Numbered from the stretch's first letter, positions 18,253-27,685 are shown. The stretch: 64,000 nucleotides of DNA from a virus (IMGVR_UViG_2693429713_000009); one strand, 5' to 3'. The notes: a model not told the origin generated them from the letters alone. A program made the numbers and translations.

Positions 18253-18524
18253 TTGGTTTTCTCCTGTCTGAACATCACTATCATCAGGTCGCCTTTTGTC
18301 GCTATTCTGGCTGTTGTGCCTGGTTCAATGCGGCTAAGCTCAAATGCGTCATAGAACGCTTCTAATGCCTTCTGGCGTAGTTCCTGTTTGCGCCGTTTTT
18401 TCCACTCTTTTAGGAAAATGGACCCCAGCCATCGCCAGGTACGGGACATGATGTAAAGCCAACCGAAAAGTGCCAGACCGGTATTTAGGGCCGTATCGAT
18501 TGTTATCGTGGTGTCGATATTCAC
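18249..18524 (-). CDS. hypothetical small membrane-associated protein
   Basis: 91 aa; hydrophobic segment LALFGWLYIMSRTW. Confidence 0.45.
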   Translation of the reverse strand: MNIDTTITIDTALNTGLALFGWLYIMSRTWRWLGSIFLKEWKKRRKQELRQKALEAFYDAFELSRIEPGTTARIATKGDLMIVMFRQEKTK

Positions 18525-18769
18525 TGTGGTGGCTCCTGCTTTTCTGCCTTCAATACCATGCGAGAACCATCATCCAGCTCCCAATTAATTTCACCGCCTT
18601 CTGCCATGACCAGATGCCAGACGAGTTGAGCGGCCTCGTTGGTTACATCACGACCGCGATCATTGCCAACACGACGTTTTGTTCCATCCCCTAAGTCACG
18701 CATTTTTGCCAACACGATGGTTTTTGATAGCGGTGAAAAACCAAGCTGTAGTCGTGCGGTATTACTCAC
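18521..18769 (-). CDS. hypothetical protein
   Basis: 82 aa; coupled. Confidence 0.45.
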   Translation of the reverse strand: MSNTARLQLGFSPLSKTIVLAKMRDLGDGTKRRVGNDRGRDVTNEAAQLVWHLVMAEGGEINWELDDGSRMVLKAEKQEPPQ

Positions 18770-19563
18770 TGTTTACCTCCTTTTCGAAGCTGTTCGGCGA
18801 TATCTTCGAGAACGCCATCAGAGAATGAACGGTCAAAATCGCCTTCCCGCGCATTAGCCATAAACTCAGTAGAGGTAAGAATCATCCGGGCAATATCCGC
18901 GGCGTTCTTCGCAGTATCATCAATAAAACCAGCTTCCCAAGCAGCCAGCATCCTGTTCGCCACAAAGTAAGCGCCCTCCTTGCGTGCTTCAGTCTTCACT
19001 TCATCCAGGAAAGTGTCGGTCGCAGGAGTGGTTTTTTGTGGTGATAGGGCGATACGAATTGTTTCAAGCGCTGGATCTATTTCCACTGTTGGCACCTTGA
19101 TAAAACCAAGCTGCACGCCATTCATAATGAACGTGCGGCGATCCTCACATATCGCCTTCAGTCTCGCATTCTCCGCAGCCAGCGCCGCGCGATTACCCTC
19201 CAGCTCTGCAATGCGCTGTTTTGCGGTATCAAGTTCAATCGATAATTTTTCCAACTGCTCTTTATGCTTCTTGTATTCCTGATATGCGTGCCAGGACTGA
19301 CCTTTGCGCACACTATCAGTAATATCAGTAATCTGTTCTGGTGTTAGCGTAGTCAGTGGCTGTGCTGGGAAAATCAGCACTTTCCCGGAATCCCAATCAA
19401 AACCAGCGTGAATTGACTGAACCTCAACTGAGGGTGTTGAACCAATGCTGCCAGGCGAATGAACAACGATCGTTACATCCATATCGCGACGATGGCTGTG
19501 GTTGTTGGACAAAATACGATTCACCAACTCAGAAAATTTGGAGAATTTCATGCGGAGCCTCAA
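18766..19563 (-). CDS. Ea22-like protein (C-terminal domain paralog)
   Basis: 265 aa; coiled coil plus C-terminal …PATDTFLDEVKTEARKEG… shared with 19967-20455. Confidence 0.5.
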   Translation of the reverse strand: MRLRMKFSKFSELVNRILSNNHSHRRDMDVTIVVHSPGSIGSTPSVEVQSIHAGFDWDSGKVLIFPAQPLTTLTPEQITDITDSVRKGQSWHAYQEYKKHKEQLEKLSIELDTAKQRIAELEGNRAALAAENARLKAICEDRRTFIMNGVQLGFIKVPTVEIDPALETIRIALSPQKTTPATDTFLDEVKTEARKEGAYFVANRMLAAWEAGFIDDTAKNAADIARMILTSTEFMANAREGDFDRSFSDGVLEDIAEQLRKGGKQ

Positions 19564-19961
19564 TATGCAAAATAGACCGTTGCCACGCCGTTATAGTGAT
19601 CAAACGATACGGCGTTTACTTCATAGCTGGCAGGGAGCTTCGAGCCGAGAACATATCCGGGCCACGTTTTCCATGGAATTTCTCTACTCTCACTATCCCC
19701 ATATACCGTACATCCAAGTGAACCTACAGCCTCGTCAGAACGTTTGCCGCATGTTATGAAACCTATATTTTTCTTGCCGGTCTTAATGGCGATTGGGTGA
19801 ACACTGGCTGATGCATTGGCAGCACGCTGTGACTGTTGGTTTGCGATATTCGCAGAGTTCGCAGCAGCTACAGCAGCCGTGGTCGCGGCGGTAGATGCCA
19901 CAATAACTGCTGAAGCCTGCGCCTGTTGGGTAATGGTCAGCAATGCCGCCACAAAAATCAT
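19560..19961 (-). CDS. secreted protein of unknown function
   Basis: 134 aa from ATG 19961; signal peptide MIFVAALLTITQQAQASA. Confidence 0.5.
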   Translation of the reverse strand: MIFVAALLTITQQAQASAVIVASTAATTAAVAAANSANIANQQSQRAANASASVHPIAIKTGKKNIGFITCGKRSDEAVGSLGCTVYGDSESREIPWKTWPGYVLGSKLPASYEVNAVSFDHYNGVATVYFAY

Positions 19962-19966
19962 CCTCT

Positions 19967-20455
19967 TCACTTGCCAGCTCCTTTGCGAATCTGTTCCGCC
20001 CATTCTTCAAGGGATTTCTCCGCATATTCACCAGACAGGCCATCAATCGGATGCGCTTCATTAGCCAACTCTTCTTTCGCTGACAAAATCATGCGTGTAA
20101 CGTCGAAAACTTCACGCAAAGACTTATTGATAAATCCGTGATTGAACGCAGCAGCAAGACGGCTGGCGGTATAGTTAATCCCCTCGTTGCGTGCTTCCGC
20201 ACGTACTTCAGCCAGGAAAGCATCGGTGGCTGGAGTTTCGCTGTGGTGCAGGGCATCGTTGATAATCATTGCAGCAACTCCGGCCTGCCCTGCATCCGTG
20301 ACCGACACATGCTCAAGAGTTACAGCCATTGCATGTTTCAGCCCAGCATTCTCCGCCGCTAGCGCAGCACACGCTTTCTCAAGTCGGGAAATTTCCGTTA
20401 CATACTCAGCGTTACGCTCTGCCAGTTGTGCGGGCGTTAAACCTTCAGACTTCAT
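19967..20455 (-). CDS. Ea22-like protein (C-terminal domain paralog)
   Basis: 162 aa; …PATDAFLAEVRAEARNEG… block. Confidence 0.5.
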   Translation of the reverse strand: MKSEGLTPAQLAERNAEYVTEISRLEKACAALAAENAGLKHAMAVTLEHVSVTDAGQAGVAAMIINDALHHSETPATDAFLAEVRAEARNEGINYTASRLAAAFNHGFINKSLREVFDVTRMILSAKEELANEAHPIDGLSGEYAEKSLEEWAEQIRKGAGK

Positions 20456-20762
20456 ACACTCTCCTTTCGAAATAAACGTACTGATTAATCATGCCCAGGG
20501 GCATTTCGAGTTTTTCCGCGATCTCACGGCGGGGAACACCACACTGATGAAGCTGCCGTGCCAGTTCTATATCGCTCTGCCGGTATTTGGCTGACGGATG
20601 AAAGTCTCCTTTCAGAATCATGCTGATCCCCAACTCCCGCGCTTTAGTCCTGACGGCATCACCGGTACGACCGATCAGCTTCCCAATACTCTCGACCGTC
20701 ATAGTTCCGGCGCACTGGCGGAGTATCATGATTTCTGCCCTTCCCCATCCCCGCCAGCTCAC
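20445..20762 (-). CDS. putative HTH DNA-binding protein
   Basis: 105 aa; helix-turn-helix-like segment TVESIGKLIGRTGDAVRTKAREL. Confidence 0.4.
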   Translation of the reverse strand: MSWRGWGRAEIMILRQCAGTMTVESIGKLIGRTGDAVRTKARELGISMILKGDFHPSAKYRQSDIELARQLHQCGVPRREIAEKLEMPLGMINQYVYFERRVYEV

Positions 20763-21370
20763 GCAGAACTCCTTCTAACCAAAAGAACGCCATCTTCAGA
20801 AACAACGTTGCAGGACTTCAGGTAATTCATTGCCTCTTTCGGTAATGGATTCTTTGGATCGGCGTTTGCCAGGGATTTCGATAACCTCATGATAAATTTG
20901 ATCATTACCTTCTGGCGGAGCTTGTGCTCATGAGATAAAGAAAGGTAATAGGAAATGGTATGGGCTAAACGCTCACGAAGCTGTTCTGTGCCGTGATATA
21001 CAGCAGCGATATCACGCAGTGCATTGACCAGTTCCCGGTAAATATGTGGAGCAACCTGGCATTCAATGTTGGTTGGTGACTCATAAATTACAGTCAGCCC
21101 CAGCTTTTCAGCCAGCGCGTGCTCTGCACGAGCACCAACCGATTCTTCCCATCGATTGAGCAAATAGATCGCATCAGCAGAACGCACCATTGCCAGGCAA
21201 ATATCCATGTATTCACTCTGGCAAAGGCCACCAGGTAACACCGCTGGATTCAGAACGATATGCCCTTCAGCCATCAGCTCGATCGCTTTCGCATTAAACG
21301 CCGCACGGTTGTAATCTGGATAACCAGTCATCGGCCCCGCGATGTAAATTTTCAAAACACGTTTCACCAT
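20759..21370 (-). CDS. DUF4406-like (nucleoside deoxyribosyltransferase-like) protein
   Basis: 203 aa from ATG 21370; IYIAGPMTG…LNP motif (from memory). Confidence 0.45.
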   Translation of the reverse strand: MVKRVLKIYIAGPMTGYPDYNRAAFNAKAIELMAEGHIVLNPAVLPGGLCQSEYMDICLAMVRSADAIYLLNRWEESVGARAEHALAEKLGLTVIYESPTNIECQVAPHIYRELVNALRDIAAVYHGTEQLRERLAHTISYYLSLSHEHKLRQKVMIKFIMRLSKSLANADPKNPLPKEAMNYLKSCNVVSEDGVLLVRRSSA

Positions 21371-21525
21371 CAAAATTTCCCCAAAATCGTGACGCAAAAC
21401 ATAAGCACTGCGAAAAGCTCAATACCAAGTTCAAGTAGCGCCAACGCCCCGAAAAACAACACATAGAACAGGCCAATCTCATTCACAGATGGCTGGTGGA
21501 TCGCACTTAAAGCTATAAGCATCAT
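21370..21525 (-). CDS. small hydrophobic membrane protein (51 aa), first gene of the leftward operon; absent from the ORF track
   Basis: GGAGGA SD then MMLIALSAIHQPSVNEIGLFYVLFFGALALLELGIELFAVLMFCVTILGKF; TGATG overlap with next gene. Confidence 0.35.
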   Translation of the reverse strand: MMLIALSAIHQPSVNEIGLFYVLFFGALALLELGIELFAVLMFCVTILGKF

Positions 21526-21562
21526 GTCCTCCAAACAGTTATCAGGAATGATATTAATGTTT

Positions 21563-21579
21563 TGTGTTAGAAAATCTAT
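21563..21579 (+). promoter_or_regulatory. operator-like motif, site D (TGTGTTAGAAAATCTAT)
   Basis: About 65 bp upstream of the ref-like gene, in the divergent promoter region. Confidence 0.4.
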
Positions 21580-21642
21580 TTTGAATATCTAACCATTTTG
21601 ATCAATCATAGAAAAATCGCTGAAAAGTAAGAGGCTGCCATC

Positions 21643-22221
21643 ATGCAGAAACAGAGCTATTGGGAGAAACAGAGGCAAAAAGCCATGCAAAAATTGGCTG
21701 ACCCGGCCTGGCGAGAGGAACAAAGGGCAAAGCGCCTTCAACAAGCTCAACGCCAGCAGCAGCGAGCGAGAGAAAAAGCCGCATCGCCTGAATATCGGCA
21801 AAAAAAAATTGAAAAAGCAAAGCAATATGACCAGCGGAGAAAAGAGAAAGCTGTATCCGCTCCGTCCAAAAAAACACGCACGTCACGCGGCCTGAAGGGC
21901 AGATCACTCACAGCCGATGAACGCCGGATACAGACCGCTATCGGTACTCTCCCCTGCATTGCCTGCCATATTCACGGGAAACATAGCCCAGTGGTATCCC
22001 TGCACCATATCTTCGGGAGAACGGCAGAGAACGCACATAAATATGTCCTCCCTTTGTGTAAATGGCACCACCAGTACGCAGCGCCAGCCGAGGTCCGAGA
22101 ACAATATCCCTGGCTGGTCCCTGTTCATGCTGATGGAAAAATAGGCGGAAAAGCAGATTTCATACGGCACAATGCCGATGAAATGGCGTTGTATCAGATG
22201 GCGATTGAATTGATAAATTAG
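21643..22221 (+). CDS. ref: Ref-like HNH endonuclease (recombination enhancement function)
   Basis: 192 aa; Arg/Lys/Gln-rich N-terminus then HNH-type motif CIACHIHG…SLHH…PLCKWHH. Confidence 0.7.
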   Translation: MQKQSYWEKQRQKAMQKLADPAWREEQRAKRLQQAQRQQQRAREKAASPEYRQKKIEKAKQYDQRRKEKAVSAPSKKTRTSRGLKGRSLTADERRIQTAIGTLPCIACHIHGKHSPVVSLHHIFGRTAENAHKYVLPLCKWHHQYAAPAEVREQYPWLVPVHADGKIGGKADFIRHNADEMALYQMAIELIN

Positions 22222-22232
22222 TTTTCTAACAT
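22216..22232 (-). promoter_or_regulatory. operator-like motif, site E (ATGTTAGAAAACTAATT on minus strand)
   Basis: Overlaps the ref stop codon. Confidence 0.35.
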
Positions 22233-22788
22233 TTTAAGTTGAATTGTGAATTTCCCCGATGTACATTCACTACCGATTGGTACACCGGTCAACTTTTTGA
22301 GACAAACTGTTTAGTTTTTCGTATTATTGCCGCCGCCATACCTATGGCGGTGCAATATAGGTGGCTGAAAAGCCCCCGTTGACTCACGGTGTTCCAGCCT
22401 TTATTGCGCCGCCACCAGACCGTGGAACAGTCGATGGCGGCTCCGAAAGCAAGGAGTCACTACACTATGAACAACTACAGTCTTTTCCCATCACTCGTCG
22501 TCCACCACTCACGCGATAATCTGCATTCTTTACTCGCGCCGGGGGTGTCAAAATGACTGTTCGCTACCTCAACTTTCAAATCAAGAACATTACTGGCGGT
22601 TGCTATGACTGGTTTGTCACTCTCGGAAAAGAAGTGATTACTGGTAAACTGGATGAAGTGAAAGCTAAAGCAATGGCCTACGCCTGCAAGCAAACCAGGA
22701 AGAAATCAACCAAGCATAAAGCCTGAAGGTGTAGGGTTACCCGGGGTCGTCGGGGCTTTAACTACTAAATAACCGGATTCTCCGCACG

Positions 22789-23100
22789 ATGAAGAAAATA
22801 GATTTCACTTACTCTGCTGCCACAATCCAGCGACGTTTCAGTCTCATAAGGGAAGTAGAACTATCAAAAAACTGTTATCAAATTCTACTGGATGAAGAGT
22901 TTTCGCTGATGATAATGGCAGAAAAATTGGCTATGCCGAATGACCGGCACAAAGTCATTGCCAGCCTGGATCTGGTGACAAATAGATACAGGGAAACAGA
23001 GGAACTACGTGAAGCGGGAGCAATGCGTGACCTGATGGATAATTCCGTTCCCCGTCGTTATCGTACGGGGAACGACATCTCCGTGATTAAAGGGGCTTAA
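22789..23100 (+). CDS. hypothetical protein
   Basis: 103 aa ORF. Confidence 0.4.
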   Translation: MKKIDFTYSAATIQRRFSLIREVELSKNCYQILLDEEFSLMIMAEKLAMPNDRHKVIASLDLVTNRYRETEELREAGAMRDLMDNSVPRRYRTGNDISVIKGA

Positions 23101-23489
23101 AGCTCACCTGTGCGCTGTTTTTCAAGCACAGATTTAACATTTGGCGCTTTCCCTTTAAAAGAATGGAAAGTGCCACATTTTTCTGTTTTAACCTCGCGCA
23201 GAGCTTCTCCATCGGCGTTCTGCCATTGATGGGATAATGTCATATCACCGCGAGAAGGAACATCCAGCGAGTACAGCGTATAAGTTCCCCCCATCTCCGC
23301 ATACTCCTGGAACACATAGCTCATTACGTCAGATTCAGTTTTTCGGTGTGCGTTATCAACCTTATTCCCATTCAGAAATATGGCATCCGGATAGATTTTT
23401 ATATCAAACCGACCGCACTTAACTTGTAAATTTCCGGCGCTCGCGATCAAAGGGAAAGACGCCAGTAAAGCAATAGCCAATCTTTTCAA
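23097..23489 (-). CDS. secreted/periplasmic protein of unknown function
   Basis: 130 aa; signal peptide MKRLAIALLASFPLIASA. Confidence 0.5.
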   Translation of the reverse strand: MKRLAIALLASFPLIASAGNLQVKCGRFDIKIYPDAIFLNGNKVDNAHRKTESDVMSYVFQEYAEMGGTYTLYSLDVPSRGDMTLSHQWQNADGEALREVKTEKCGTFHSFKGKAPNVKSVLEKQRTGEL

Positions 23490-23509
23490 TTCTGCCTCCG
23501 CTGCGTAAC

Positions 23510-24133
23510 TTATTGCCCGTATTTTTTACACCATTGCTCTGCCATTTGTTTGGCTAAAGGCCCGGCTACTGCACTGTATTCTGCTGTTTTACTTTGCACA
23601 CATGAAGCAGATGGTTTTTTATTTCGCTGCTCGGTTAGTTTGCGCTCATAAGCCATCATGCTATCGAACCCGGCAATATCACTTTGGCGAAGCATTCCCT
23701 TTTTAACCAAAAATTGCTGCCCCTCGGGCACCAATGCAAGCATAAAAAGTGGTTGCAATAACTCACCTAATCCTTGCTGGCGATACACTTCGAATTGCTG
23801 CCATCCCTGACTTAATCTGGAAAGAGTATCTTTGGTTGAGTAACCTGTTTTTGTTATAGCTTTGTCCGTCAGATATGCTGTATATGCAAAAACGCAAAAG
23901 TCAGTTTTACCAATAAACTGAGTTCCAACAGGCCGTAATGGAATGCCCTCCCTCTTGCAAAAGTCCATAATGGCCGCTTGTGAATGATCCCCACCAGCGT
24001 TATTCATAACCTGCTGCCCTGCCCTGAATTGTGCAGGTAACGCAGTTGCATTGGCAGTATTAGCAGATACGCATCCCAACATAGCCGCGAGCGCGGCCCC
24101 TAAAACCCTTAACTTCACTACACCATCCTTCAT
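23510..24133 (-). CDS. putative lipoprotein or secreted protein
   Basis: 207 aa; signal peptide ending …AMLGCVSA (lipobox-like). Confidence 0.5.
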   Translation of the reverse strand: MKDGVVKLRVLGAALAAMLGCVSANTANATALPAQFRAGQQVMNNAGGDHSQAAIMDFCKREGIPLRPVGTQFIGKTDFCVFAYTAYLTDKAITKTGYSTKDTLSRLSQGWQQFEVYRQQGLGELLQPLFMLALVPEGQQFLVKKGMLRQSDIAGFDSMMAYERKLTEQRNKKPSASCVQSKTAEYSAVAGPLAKQMAEQWCKKYGQ

Positions 24134-24350
24134 GTAAACAAAATGAAGTTTTATGTTATAAAAACAATTAACTACATCAACATGATTTAGGCCAAATTTC
24201 GGTCAAAAAATAAAATCCACAAAAAGTGGTTGACACTATTTTGGAAATCACAAACTGCACATAATCCATCGCGCTAACGGCTCCCGTTGAAGGTTCTTTT
24301 GACGATTAACTTTCAGCCGAAGCGCGGTAGGGAGTCATAACGCCAAAGCA

Positions 24351-24374
24351 GGCCGCCATGTGCGGCCTTTTTTT
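24351..24374 (+). terminator. intrinsic terminator 28 bp upstream of the next start codon
   Basis: GGCCGC-catgt-GCGGCC followed by TTTTTTT; no plus-strand gene ends nearby. Confidence 0.5.
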
Positions 24375-24401
24375 GTATCCGTCATCCGTGGAGGAAGGAC
24401 A

Positions 24402-25055
24402 ATGGAAAAGATCGCAATATTCAGCCTGACCACCAGCAAGCCTCAAATGCTCACTGCAATACTGAAAGACGGTGCTCTCATTATTAACGAAGTAAAACCC
24501 CTTCCCGCGTCAGCATTGGAGCAAAAGCAAAAAATTCCTCCAGCTATAGCAGCCCTGCGGAAAAGCAAATTCAAGGTTCTAGTAGACGAAATTACGCCAA
24601 CGATCTCCGCTGGCACCGGAGCAAGCCAGGTGACTCTCAAGACCCGTCATGCCGATGGTAGAGCAGCAATCATCGTCGGGATGGAAAGATACAGAGAGTT
24701 AAAACTCCAGAAACTATTATCCCTGCCGCAAAATAACAAAGGTGCTTTCGAAATCCCCGACTCTATCGTTGATACCGAATACAACGGTAACGGAGAAGAA
24801 GTCTACAGGGTGAACTGGCAGGATATCAGGCCGGAGCATATTCTGATGATCCTGTGTTGCTACGCGACCGTATACCACAACGTTGCCAGTGCAGATTACG
24901 TAGAGCAGATGACCGGTACAGTCGAGAAAGAGCAAAAAACAGGCATACTCGCTTCGTTCCTGTCCATTATTGGGCATGAAAAAGTTAAAGCAGGCACCTC
25001 CCAGCCAAAGTCACTGGCTGGGAAAGAAGTTGATGAAGATACCGTGATACTTTGA
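24402..25055 (+). CDS. hypothetical protein
   Basis: 217 aa from ATG 24402 with GGAGGAAGG SD. Confidence 0.5.
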   Translation: MEKIAIFSLTTSKPQMLTAILKDGALIINEVKPLPASALEQKQKIPPAIAALRKSKFKVLVDEITPTISAGTGASQVTLKTRHADGRAAIIVGMERYRELKLQKLLSLPQNNKGAFEIPDSIVDTEYNGNGEEVYRVNWQDIRPEHILMILCCYATVYHNVASADYVEQMTGTVEKEQKTGILASFLSIIGHEKVKAGTSQPKSLAGKEVDEDTVIL

Positions 25056-25190
25056 TCACATTAGTAGCTTTGTTAACTCCCTCAATACCAGGTAGAAGAG
25101 TAACAAAAATATTGACGCGAGTATTTGAGTGGTCAATGAAGCGTTCATAAACAGATCAATTAGCATTAATAATTCGAAGATAACATCCAT
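25056..25190 (-). CDS. small hydrophobic peptide (44 aa) candidate, absent from the ORF track
   Basis: GGAG SD then MDVIFELLMLIDLFMNASLTTQILASIFLLLFYLVLRELTKLLM; convergent with and abutting the upstream gene. Confidence 0.25.
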   Translation of the reverse strand: MDVIFELLMLIDLFMNASLTTQILASIFLLLFYLVLRELTKLLM

Positions 25191-25383
25191 GTCATTCACT
25201 CCGTTTAATTTTTAATCTAATGCCAGCAAATGAAGCTGGCCCCCGCATAAAGATTAATGAAAGTCACTTGTCACCAGTGAGGGGATTTATGAACCACATC
25301 CCCCTGAACTGGTGGCCTGTCTGTTTCTCGCATTTCACACCCTGCATACAGTTTCCCCCAGGTTATGACTGAGAGGCTTTGTT

Positions 25384-25713
25384 ATGGGCTATAGCAGACT
25401 CGACGATAGGTACATTGAAGACGATATTTTTCGTGCGCTGTTTCACCAGGAAATGATTAAGCGGGTATCGGAGTATCACTCTGATAATTTCCAGTACACG
25501 ATAAAGATTGATGAAGTATATCGTTCAGACCTTGCAGCCTACAGGGCGTATGGCAATGCAGATTTGCGCTGGGTATTCCGGGTGCTGGTGGGCCATGAGT
25601 CAGAAATGGAAGAAATGCCCGCCGGGACCACGTTAACTCTTCCTGATGTGGCATGGCTGAGGAACAAGATCCGTGATTACGCGAGCGCGGAACCGGAGAT
25701 AGAAAATGCCTGA
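25384..25713 (+). CDS. hypothetical protein
   Basis: 109 aa; 8-nt overlap with downstream gene. Confidence 0.5.
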   Translation: MGYSRLDDRYIEDDIFRALFHQEMIKRVSEYHSDNFQYTIKIDEVYRSDLAAYRAYGNADLRWVFRVLVGHESEMEEMPAGTTLTLPDVAWLRNKIRDYASAEPEIENA

Positions 25714-26902
25714 TTTCCTGAAAAACCAGGACGGGCGCTATATCACTGACGGCCTGTCCTCTAAGGACTTCACGCGTTTATTCGACCTTATCAGGAAAGA
25801 ACAAACCCGTAAGCGCCGACAAGCTCACCGGACGCTGACGCCAGGTAGACTGAGGAACAAATCCGCCGAAGATATTCTCAAGTTAGGGAAGAAAAAAGGC
25901 GGCACGTTCTTCACGCGAGACGACCTGAAAGGTTTCGAAAAGCTACGGAGTAAAACACGCGAAAAATATGACAGCAAGACGGCTGGCATCACATACGCCC
26001 AGCTGGTGGCATCCAGCCAAGCAATCGATATTAAGCGTGCAAATAACGCCGTGGATGACGGATCTGGTATCAAAAGAGCTACACCCGTATCTCTTCGCCA
26101 CAACGTGATTAATATCCGCGTAGAAGCATCGGATATATCCGTCCACCAGCACCATATCGTCCGGATACGCTTTGAAGAATGGGATCAGATGGTCGATGAC
26201 ATCGCAGAAGACGATAAATCAGCCCTGAAAATCACTAAATCACTGTGCGCCGGGCGGGTGTCTTTCGATTGTGACTGTGGTCGTCATCAATACTGGTATC
26301 GTTACATCGCTACTGCGGGTAACTTTGCCCTGGCCCCGCCAAAAGAATACGCCTATCCAAAAGTTCGTAACCCTAAGCTACAAGGCGTCGCCTGTAAACA
26401 CGTGATCCACTCAATGACGCGGTTACAGTCCGCTAGTTGGCAAATGAGTATTGCTCGTGCGTTACAAAAGGCCGCAACGCAAATTGCATTTGGTGACGAT
26501 CGCCGCCGTACAACCAAACACTTCTCAAAAGAAGACGAGAGGGAGTTTAATCGCAATCGCAACAGTAAAACAAACGTTGACGTTGCCAAGCGCGAATGGA
26601 GGCTCTATCAGAAGCGCCAGGCCGCTTTAAGCACAAAACTGGCAAAGGACAACGGCAAAATTGACAAGCTACGTGACCAATTGACCAAAGCCAGAAAGTT
26701 GTCAGACGCACAGAAAAAACGGGCGGCAGCAAAAGAAGCGGCCTTGCAACGTGAGAAACAGAAAAACAAGGAGCTTCAGCAACGCCTTGCCGATCAGTTC
26801 GCACTGAAGAAGCAGGCGTTCATTGATGCGCTTGTCATGGCAGGAACGTCACCTGAGCAAGCTGAAAAAATGTTTATGGAGTATGTGAAGAAAGGTTCTT
26901 AA
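25706..26902 (+). CDS. SWIM-type zinc-finger protein with basic coiled-coil C-terminus
   Basis: 398 aa; CxCx(n)CxH pattern (FDCDCGRHQYWY…GVACKHVIH); Lys/Arg/Gln-rich C-terminal third. Confidence 0.5.
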   Translation: MPDFLKNQDGRYITDGLSSKDFTRLFDLIRKEQTRKRRQAHRTLTPGRLRNKSAEDILKLGKKKGGTFFTRDDLKGFEKLRSKTREKYDSKTAGITYAQLVASSQAIDIKRANNAVDDGSGIKRATPVSLRHNVINIRVEASDISVHQHHIVRIRFEEWDQMVDDIAEDDKSALKITKSLCAGRVSFDCDCGRHQYWYRYIATAGNFALAPPKEYAYPKVRNPKLQGVACKHVIHSMTRLQSASWQMSIARALQKAATQIAFGDDRRRTTKHFSKEDEREFNRNRNSKTNVDVAKREWRLYQKRQAALSTKLAKDNGKIDKLRDQLTKARKLSDAQKKRAAAKEAALQREKQKNKELQQRLADQFALKKQAFIDALVMAGTSPEQAEKMFMEYVKKGS

Positions 26903-26935
26903 TTTACAACAAAGGCGGTTATCCCGCCTTTTATA

Positions 26936-27685
26936 TTACTTGTCCTTTGATGTCGATTGAGACTCATATATTGTCTCCACGTCATCTATTAATTTATTAA
27001 TACCCCACAATCCAGTGTCTTTATAAAAATCACTTTCTTCAATTGCTTTTAATAAATCGGCAAAATCTTCTTTGGTGGAAATCCTTTTATCTTTTGCTTT
27101 ATATATATCAACAATTACTTTTATACCGTGATACAGAGCCACTCTGGCACTCTCAATCTCTCTCTTCTTTTCTTCGATTGTATTCAGTATTTTTTGTTGA
27201 CCTTCTATTTGTTCCTCTAATTTTAAAAGCTCTTCCTCTTTTTTCTTTAGGTTTCTCAGTAACGCCTTTACTCTTGCTTTCTCTTCTGAGTCAAATTCAT
27301 GGTCAATGTATCTTATTTGCGCATAATTTCTACCAGTTAGTTTTGATATACGCATAGTAATATAAGGCATTACTATGGACGCAATAGTGCCATATATAAA
27401 CGGCATCACAAAGTGAGCTAAAAACGGAGATACAATGAAGGTTCCAAAATAAGGGATTTGATATTTATCCCCTACCCATACTATAGACAGTGTTGTGTAT
27501 ATATCATATTTAGATTTAAACAAAATTAGTATTTCTTGCCAATTAACGACAAAAAATGAAACCACCACATATGCAAATAATTTATTAAATAATTTATCTT
27601 TTATGGCTTCATCCATTGTGCCCTTGATTGAGTCAATTGTAGATGTGTTTTCTGTTGATGAATTTTTGCTCATACAAGCTATCAA
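26936..27685 (-). CDS. membrane protein with C-terminal coiled coil; candidate exclusion/abortive-infection cargo
   Basis: 249 aa; strongly AT-rich relative to flanks; two predicted TM helices then coiled coil. Confidence 0.45.
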   Translation of the reverse strand: MIACMSKNSSTENTSTIDSIKGTMDEAIKDKLFNKLFAYVVVSFFVVNWQEILILFKSKYDIYTTLSIVWVGDKYQIPYFGTFIVSPFLAHFVMPFIYGTIASIVMPYITMRISKLTGRNYAQIRYIDHEFDSEEKARVKALLRNLKKKEEELLKLEEQIEGQQKILNTIEEKKREIESARVALYHGIKVIVDIYKAKDKRISTKEDFADLLKAIEESDFYKDTGLWGINKLIDDVETIYESQSTSKDK

